64,000 nt of DNA from Gemmatimonas sp. (GTDB lineage Bacteria; Gemmatimonadota; Gemmatimonadetes; Gemmatimonadales; Gemmatimonadaceae). The notes beneath the pieces were generated by a model. That model made no database searches. It worked only from the letters and a program-made list of their open reading frames with translations, and was not told the DNA's origin. This document shows, in pieces, positions 57,791-64,000 of the stretch (position 1 is its first letter; each line of letters begins with the position of its first letter). The stretch covers positions 134,292 to 198,291 of the forward strand of contig JANNVQ010000049.1 in the NCBI GenBank assembly GCA_031414535.1. The letters are read 5' to 3'. The translations under genes and the position numbers were made by a program.

Positions 57791-59008
57791 ATGTTCTCCA
57801 CCAACACAGGGACAGCGTTGAGCCAGGCCGCCGAGTACCACGACGACATCATTTATCCGAACACGATTGCGTTCATCTTTGTCCACCTCGCGCCGTTTGC
57901 CGCGATCTGGACGGGGGTGACCAGCACTTCCGTGGTGCTCGCGGTCGTTTTGTACGTGGTGCGTATGTTCGGCATCACTGCCGGGTATCACCGCTTCTTC
58001 TCGCACCGCTCGTTCAAAACGTCGCGCGCAGGCCAGTTCGTCTTCGCACTACTGGCCATGAGCTCCACGCAGAAGTCCGTGCTCTGGTGGGCGGCGCTCC
58101 ATCGCCACCATCATCGGCATTCCGATCAGGAAGACGATGTGCATTCGCCCTTGCACCGCGGCTTTTTCTACTCGCACGTGGGTTGGATCTTCGACAAGAA
58201 GCACGAGACGACCCGAGTAGATGAAGTCCCGGATTTGGCCAAGTATCCGGAGCTCCGCTTCCTTGACCGTCATCAGCTGTTGCCGGCAATTGCGCTCGCC
58301 GTTCTCTGCTTCGCGATTGATGGTTGGTCAGGACTGCTTATCGGTTTCTTTGCCAGCACTGCGGTCCTTTACCACGGCACCTTTTTCATCAATTCGCTGG
58401 CGCACGTGCACGGGGACCAGCGCTACGTCACCGGCGACACCTCGCGCAACAACTGGTGGCTCGCGGTGATCACGCTGGGCGAGGGCTGGCACAACAATCA
58501 TCACGCGTATCAGCGCTCCACACGGCAGGGTTTCCGTTGGTATGAGTTTGACCCCACGTACTATGCCCTGAAGGCGATGTCGTGGGTTGGGCTCGTGTGG
58601 GATCTCGGTGAGCCGCCGCGCGAGGTGGTGCGCAATGAGCGTCGTGTGGGAACTCAGGTGCTAGAGCGTGTCTCGCGTCAGCTCGCGGAACAGTATGCCG
58701 CCAAGCGGGCCGAGGCTCTGTCGGCGGTTCAGCATGCCCGCGAGCACTTTGATGCGCATCCTCGTGTGCTTGAGGTCCGCGCGCGCTTGGCCGCCGGACA
58801 GATTCGAGCCGAGGAGTCCTGGCTTGAGCTTCAGGAGCATCTTCCGCATTTGCCGCATCTGCCCACCGCTGCAGAAGTCCGCGCCCGGCTGCTGCAAGCG
58901 TACGCCGACTCGCCGTCTACGGACGAGATTGTGGCCCGCGCACGACAGCTGGTGGCCGAGCGCATGAGCGCGGAGCTGTTCCCGGAGCTTCGCCCCACGG
59001 CAGCGTAG
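57791..59008 (+). CDS. Delta-9 acyl-CoA/lipid desaturase with a C-terminal extension
   Basis: His boxes HRFFSH, HRHHH, GEGWHNNHH. Confidence 0.93.
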   Translation: MFSTNTGTALSQAAEYHDDIIYPNTIAFIFVHLAPFAAIWTGVTSTSVVLAVVLYVVRMFGITAGYHRFFSHRSFKTSRAGQFVFALLAMSSTQKSVLWWAALHRHHHRHSDQEDDVHSPLHRGFFYSHVGWIFDKKHETTRVDEVPDLAKYPELRFLDRHQLLPAIALAVLCFAIDGWSGLLIGFFASTAVLYHGTFFINSLAHVHGDQRYVTGDTSRNNWWLAVITLGEGWHNNHHAYQRSTRQGFRWYEFDPTYYALKAMSWVGLVWDLGEPPREVVRNERRVGTQVLERVSRQLAEQYAAKRAEALSAVQHAREHFDAHPRVLEVRARLAAGQIRAEESWLELQEHLPHLPHLPTAAEVRARLLQAYADSPSTDEIVARARQLVAERMSAELFPELRPTAA

Positions 59009-59042
59009 CTGGGCGAACGGTATCGAAGGGCTGTACGTTGAT

Positions 59043-59071
59043 GCGGGGGCGGCTCTTGCCGCCCCCGTTTT
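59043..59071 (+). terminator. Intrinsic terminator
   Basis: CGGGGGCGGC-TCTT-GCCGCCCCCG-TTTT. Confidence 0.85.
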
Positions 59072-59098
59072 CGTTCTGACTTCTTTGGAGAGTTCTCG

Positions 59099-59944
59099 AT
59101 GCGCGCCATGATCCTCGCCTTAGTGCCGCTCGTGCTCGCCGTGAGTGCTTGCTCCGTTCAGTCCGTGTCTGCCGAGCAGCAGCAAGGCACGGCGATACCT
59201 GCCGGCGCCGCCGACGTCGCGACGCGTCTACAGAACAGCCCACGCCACGCCGAGTGGGCGATGATTCCGACCGCCCCTGGCTCGCGCGATTCGATTGCCG
59301 CGTGGGTGGTGTTTCCCGAGCGCCGTGACAACGCCCCAGTGATTGTGGTCGTCCACGAGATCTTTGGCTTGTCGAGCTGGGTGAAGGGCGTGGCCGACCA
59401 GCTGGCCGCCGATGGGTTCATCGCCATTGCTCCGGATTTGCTTTCCGTTGAGCGCGGCGGTGCCACCACTGACTCGATGGCCTACGCAGATGCCCGTGCC
59501 ATGATCCAGCGCGTAACACCCGACAAGATGAATGCGATGGTCGCCGCCGTGGGCCAGTGGGGCATCGCCTTGCCGGCCGCCAAGAAGGCTTACGGTGTGG
59601 TGGGCTACTGCTGGGGTGGTTCGGCGTCGTTCAACCATGCCGTGTTTAACGCCCCGGGCCACAAGGCCTCAGTTGTGTACTATGGATCCTCGCCCGCCGC
59701 GGAAGACATCGCGAAGGTTCGCATCCCGGTCCTGGGGCTGTATGGCGAGAACGATCAGCGCGTGAACGCAACGATCACCCGCGCTGACTCCACGATGAAG
59801 GCGATCAACGGCACTTTTGAGCAGCGCACTTATGCCGGTGCGGGCCATGGCTTCCTGCGCGCTCAGGAGCAGCCCGCCAATTTGGAAGCCAGCCGCCGCG
59901 CCTGGCCTGAGACGGTGGCGTGGTTCCGCCGTTACCTCAACTGA
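59099..59944 (+). CDS. Dienelactone hydrolase-family lipoprotein
   Basis: HEIFGL, APDL, GYCWGG, GEND, HGF. Confidence 0.93.
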   Translation: MRAMILALVPLVLAVSACSVQSVSAEQQQGTAIPAGAADVATRLQNSPRHAEWAMIPTAPGSRDSIAAWVVFPERRDNAPVIVVVHEIFGLSSWVKGVADQLAADGFIAIAPDLLSVERGGATTDSMAYADARAMIQRVTPDKMNAMVAAVGQWGIALPAAKKAYGVVGYCWGGSASFNHAVFNAPGHKASVVYYGSSPAAEDIAKVRIPVLGLYGENDQRVNATITRADSTMKAINGTFEQRTYAGAGHGFLRAQEQPANLEASRRAWPETVAWFRRYLN

Positions 59945-59953
59945 GCACGGGGC

Positions 59954-60244
59954 TCAGCCTCGCGGGGCCATCGCGAGAAGCTGCATCCACTCCGGCCAGT
60001 TCCCGCTGAGTTCAAAGAAGTCGTCGTAGTACACCAGGCCCTTGTCCTCCAGTGCGGAGACGAGGGCCTGAAGTGCTTCAACATCAAACACAGGGCCAAT
60101 CACGACCAACGCCCCCTCCACGCGGAATTCCTCGTCCGTGAGTGTGAGCCACTGGTCGATGGCCGCACGGGAGAGTTGGGCGCGCTCGAATGCTTCTTTG
60201 TGGAGGAGCAGGGTGGACGCGCTGGACGACAGAGGGATAGGCAT
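59954..60244 (-). CDS. Hypothetical protein
   Basis: Fills the gap; protein-like sequence LTDEEFRVEG, GLVYYDDFFELSGNWPEW. Confidence 0.75.
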   Translation of the reverse strand: MPIPLSSSASTLLLHKEAFERAQLSRAAIDQWLTLTDEEFRVEGALVVIGPVFDVEALQALVSALEDKGLVYYDDFFELSGNWPEWMQLLAMAPRG

Positions 60245-60289
60245 TGGGCAAATTTCTGGTAGGTGATGGCGCTTCTGTAGATTAGACGG

Positions 60290-62152
60290 ATGAACGCGCT
60301 ACTGCACGAGGTGGATGTCTGCGTCATCGGTGGCGGGCACGCCGGCACGGAGGCTGCGATGGCCGCGGCTCGCCGTGGCGCTCGGACCGTGCTACTCACA
60401 ACCTCGCTCGACACCATCGGGCAACTGTCGTGCAACCCCGCGATGGGCGGCATCGCGAAGGGCACCGTGATTCGCGAAATCGACGCGCTGGGCGGTGTCA
60501 TGGCGCGCGCGACCGACTTAGCCACGCTGCAGTTTCGGATGCTCAACCGCGGTAAGGGACCCGCGGTCTGGGCGCCGCGAGCGCAGGCAGACCGAGGGCT
60601 GTATCGCCGGGCTGTGCGCTCGCTGCTCGAGGCCGAGCCTCGCATCATCCCGGTGCAAGGGACGGCCGCACGGTTGCTGCTCGATTCAGCGGGACGCATC
60701 TGCGGAGTGGAGACGACGGACGGTCGCCAGCTACGAGCGCGCGCCGTGGTGATTACGACCGGCACGTTCTTGCGCGGACGCATTCACATTGGCACGGGCA
60801 GCGCACTCAGCGGGGGGCGAGCCGGCGAGGCCGCGACCACCGCGCTGGCCGAACAGTTCGCCGACGTCGGACTGAAGACCGGGCGCTTCAAGACCGGTAC
60901 GCCACCGCGCGTGGATGGACGCTCCCTCGATCTGCATCGCATGCAGCGTCAGGACAGCGAGATTGAGGCCTTCGACTATTCCTGGTCTGCCTTCTGGCCG
61001 ACGCCTCGACGTAGCGCCGACCGCACCCGGCATCCGGAGCAGATGCCCTGCTTCATCACGTACGTAGAGGATGCTGCAAAGGCGCTTGTGCAAGAGCGAA
61101 TCGCCGAGAGCGCGATGTATGGTGGAGCCATCGCCTCACTCGGCCCGCGTTACTGCCCCAGCATCGAAGACAAAGTCGTCCGCTTCGCCGAGCGCGAATC
61201 CCACACGATCTTCCTCGAGCCCGAATCCCTCCGAGATGACTGGATCTACTGCAACGGCATCTCGACGTCCCTCCCCGCCGACGTGCAGGACCAGATCGTC
61301 CACTCCATGCCCGGCTGCGAAAAGGCCCACATCTACCGCTACGGCTACGCCGTCGAATACGACATGGTCCGCCCCCACCAGATCCACACCACCGGCATGA
61401 CCAAGCTGGTCGATGGCCTCTTCCTCGCCGGCCAGATCAACGGCACCAGCGGCTATGAAGAAGCCGGGGCCCAGGGCCTGATCGCCGGCATCAACGCCGC
61501 CCGCTACTCGCTGAAGCAACCCGAGTTCATCCTCCGCCGCGATCAGGCCTACATCGGCGTGCTTATGGATGACCTGGTCACCAAAACGCCCGTCGAGCCC
61601 TACCGCATGTTCACGAGCCGCGCCGAGCACCGCCTCCTCCTCCGCCCCGACAACGCCCCCGATCGCCTCACCCCCATCGCCGAGGAACTCGGCCTGCTTT
61701 CCGGCGATGGCCTCGGCAAGTCTCGCCGCGACTACATGGCCGCCCGCACCGAACAACTCTCACGCCTCAACCAAGCCGTCGATTCCGCCCGCGTAGACAA
61801 CACGCCCCTCCCCGCAGTTCTCCGCCGCCCCGAGTTCACCGTCGAAGACCTCAAGCGAACCCTTCCCGACCTGGCCAACATCCCCGACGCCATCTGGTCC
61901 ACCGTCCACGCCAACCGCAAGTACGCCGCTTACGTCGAGCGCCAACACCACGAGGTCCGCCGCGCAGTCGAACTCGAAACCAAGCGCCTCCCTGACCGCG
62001 TTGACTACAACATCTTCACCGCCCTCCGCCCCGAGGCCCGCCAGGCCCTCACCCGCTTCCGCCCCGCAACCTTCGGGCAGGCCAGTCGGTTGGAGGGCAT
62101 CACCCCCGCGGACCTGACGCTTCTCGCCGTGCTCGTTAAAAAGCACGGTTAA
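60290..62152 (+). CDS. mnmG: tRNA uridine-5-carboxymethylaminomethyl enzyme (possibly chimeric)
   Basis: GGGHAG.EA, SCNPAMGG, KTGTPPR, GPRYCPSIEDK, AGQINGTSGYEEA, YRMFTSRAE. Confidence 0.96.
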   Translation: MNALLHEVDVCVIGGGHAGTEAAMAAARRGARTVLLTTSLDTIGQLSCNPAMGGIAKGTVIREIDALGGVMARATDLATLQFRMLNRGKGPAVWAPRAQADRGLYRRAVRSLLEAEPRIIPVQGTAARLLLDSAGRICGVETTDGRQLRARAVVITTGTFLRGRIHIGTGSALSGGRAGEAATTALAEQFADVGLKTGRFKTGTPPRVDGRSLDLHRMQRQDSEIEAFDYSWSAFWPTPRRSADRTRHPEQMPCFITYVEDAAKALVQERIAESAMYGGAIASLGPRYCPSIEDKVVRFAERESHTIFLEPESLRDDWIYCNGISTSLPADVQDQIVHSMPGCEKAHIYRYGYAVEYDMVRPHQIHTTGMTKLVDGLFLAGQINGTSGYEEAGAQGLIAGINAARYSLKQPEFILRRDQAYIGVLMDDLVTKTPVEPYRMFTSRAEHRLLLRPDNAPDRLTPIAEELGLLSGDGLGKSRRDYMAARTEQLSRLNQAVDSARVDNTPLPAVLRRPEFTVEDLKRTLPDLANIPDAIWSTVHANRKYAAYVERQHHEVRRAVELETKRLPDRVDYNIFTALRPEARQALTRFRPATFGQASRLEGITPADLTLLAVLVKKHG

Positions 62153-62192
62153 TCGCCGCCAGAGCTTGCCGCATTTCGACTAACATAGGCCC

Positions 62193-63998
62193 TTGCTCAC
62201 ATTTGCTCTTCAACTCGCTTCATCCGCCCACGCCGATCACGGCCTAGCGGTTGACCTTTTAGCCATTCTGTCCGCCGCAGGTCTTGTCGCGCTGTTGGCG
62301 CGAAAGGTCAACCTCGCGACCATCCCGTGCTATCTCATTGCCGGATCCATCATCGGGCCGCACGCACTGGCGGCCGCGGGTGGGGGTGAGGGTGGCGCAG
62401 GGTCGATCACATCGCTCGCCACCATCCTCCTGATGTTCACCATCGGCCTGCACCTGGACATCGGTGGATTGCGGGGCGGGCTGGTCTCGATCGCGCTCGT
62501 GACTGTCATCAGCTCGGTCTTGTGCATCCTCATCGGTTGGCCGGTCGGCCTCCTGTTTGGACTCTCATCGCCCGCTTCGATCGCCGTTGCCATGGCCATC
62601 GCGATCTCATCCACAGCCGTCGTGCTCCGTGTGATGGAGCAAAAGCGAGAGCTTCATTTGGTCCAAGGCCGAACGACCATGGCGGTCCTGGTGCTTCAGG
62701 ACATGGTGGCGCTCCTGCTGATGGCCGCGATCCCGCTTCTGGCTCTTTGGGCGAGGGCAGACGGTCCTCCGGCTCCCGATGCCGTGCGACCGAGCATCGG
62801 CCGTCTCGCCGGGGATGCGGGCATCGCTCTGGGTGGTATCGCAGCACTGGTCATCGTCGGACGGTTGGCCCTTCCGAGGCTTTTGAAGGCCGCGGCCTTC
62901 TCGCAAGAAGTTCTGCTTGTCGTGTCCGCGGCTGTGGCGCTGGCATCCGCCGTTGCGACGGCAGCGCTGAACTTCAGCCCGGAACTGGGCGCCTTCCTCG
63001 CAGGATTCTTGCTGGCTTCAACACCGTTCCGCTACCAGTTGGCCGGCATGCTTGCGCCGCTGCGCGACTTGTTCCTGGCGATCTTCTTCACGGCCATTGG
63101 CCTGGACTTGTCCTGGAACACGCTGATTGGCGGGTGGTGGATTGTGCTCTTGTCGGTGCTGGCAACGGTCGGTATCAAGTCCGTGTTGACCGCCGGCACC
63201 GCATGGGCGGCCGGAGCGTCGGGGCCGGTGGCGGTTTACCTGGGTCTTGCGATGGCCCAGGGCGGAGAGTTTTCACTCGTGCTCCTCGCCCAGGCGAAAG
63301 TGGCCGGGATTCTCACTGAGAACCAGACCGCCCTCGCCATTGCGTGTGTCGTTCTCTCCCTCATCATTACGCCCAACCTCATGGATCTGGCCCGAAAGTT
63401 GATGCCCGCGGCCCGCAAACTCCCCCCCGCCTGGTGGATCCAAAAATCGATGCTCCGCGATGCAACCGCGCACCCGCAGGTGGAAGCCCAACCCGGCGAA
63501 TCCGACGGCACCGCCGGCCCCGCGCTGGGGTCGTTGGCCATCGTCGCGGGCTTCGGACCGGTCGGACGCGCTGTGGCGGATAATCTCGAAAAACGAGGCG
63601 TCATCGTCACGGTCATCGAGCTCAACCCCCGCACGGTCGAAAAGCAGCACGCCCTTGGCCGCTCGATCGTCTACGGCGATGCCTCCAACCCCGAAGTGCT
63701 TGAAAAAGCCGGCCTGCACCGGGCCGAAGCGGTCGTCCTGACCATGCCCGATGAAGAGGCGGTTCTGCGGGCCTGCCGAGTCGTGCGGCAGAGCAAGCCC
63801 GACGTCTTCATCGCCGCACGGCTCAACGTGCTGAGCAAGGCCCTGCAGGCCATGCAGCAAGGCGCAGATCACACGGTCGTAGAAGAACTCGCGACCGCCG
63901 AAGCGATGGCCGGACAGGTCATTTTGAAGCTGGAAAAACGGGCCGCTGGTGAGGATGATGGACCGAAGCTGTATGAGTTGTCGCGGTTGAATCTGTAA
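62193..63998 (+). CDS. CPA2 cation:proton antiporter with TrkA-N domain (Kef-like)
   Basis: LMFTIGL, SSTAVV, LQD, LGAFLAG, QGGEFS, AGFGPVG, YGDAS. Confidence 0.92.
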   Translation: MLTFALQLASSAHADHGLAVDLLAILSAAGLVALLARKVNLATIPCYLIAGSIIGPHALAAAGGGEGGAGSITSLATILLMFTIGLHLDIGGLRGGLVSIALVTVISSVLCILIGWPVGLLFGLSSPASIAVAMAIAISSTAVVLRVMEQKRELHLVQGRTTMAVLVLQDMVALLLMAAIPLLALWARADGPPAPDAVRPSIGRLAGDAGIALGGIAALVIVGRLALPRLLKAAAFSQEVLLVVSAAVALASAVATAALNFSPELGAFLAGFLLASTPFRYQLAGMLAPLRDLFLAIFFTAIGLDLSWNTLIGGWWIVLLSVLATVGIKSVLTAGTAWAAGASGPVAVYLGLAMAQGGEFSLVLLAQAKVAGILTENQTALAIACVVLSLIITPNLMDLARKLMPAARKLPPAWWIQKSMLRDATAHPQVEAQPGESDGTAGPALGSLAIVAGFGPVGRAVADNLEKRGVIVTVIELNPRTVEKQHALGRSIVYGDASNPEVLEKAGLHRAEAVVLTMPDEEAVLRACRVVRQSKPDVFIAARLNVLSKALQAMQQGADHTVVEELATAEAMAGQVILKLEKRAAGEDDGPKLYELSRLNL

Positions 63999-64000
63999 TA

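Noticed and set aside
1..64000. CRISPR arrays, tRNA/rRNA, IS elements, prophage genes
   Set aside because: None recognised by eye and intergenic gaps are short; a covariance-model scan could still find small RNAs.

Overview
High-GC bacterial chromosomal segment. Gene content and protein style suggest Gemmatimonadota; this is my recognition, not a database result. About 60 CDS, mostly housekeeping: truncated glnA, REC-HD-GYP, a TolC/MFP/RND efflux operon, S41 peptidase, TolB-like lipoprotein, SPFH, YhaM-like nuclease, class I fumarase, TPM-NTase-LemA, two cold-shock genes, NrtR-like regulator, YggX, MoeB-rhodanese, M28 and M16 peptidases, argC-B-D/argR/argH, ispG, a complete his operon, murB, DASS transporter, tag, TerC, desaturase, mnmG and a CPA2 antiporter. 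I found no rRNA, tRNA, CRISPR array, transposase or integrase. Most notable: (1) an unannotated His-rich leader peptide with a complete terminator/antiterminator switch before hisG; (2) a three-gene DNA-binding cassette (acidic/basic H1-like protein, MerR-type HTH, plasmid RepA-like initiator) with no mobile context; (3) a perfect 35-bp palindrome over a promoter in an AT-rich island before an AT-hook/HTH-like gene, near an apparent GC-skew flip; (4) an abrupt compositional break inside mnmG at about 61.15 kb, suggesting the last 2.9 kb come from another genome; (5) several apparently degenerate enzymes.
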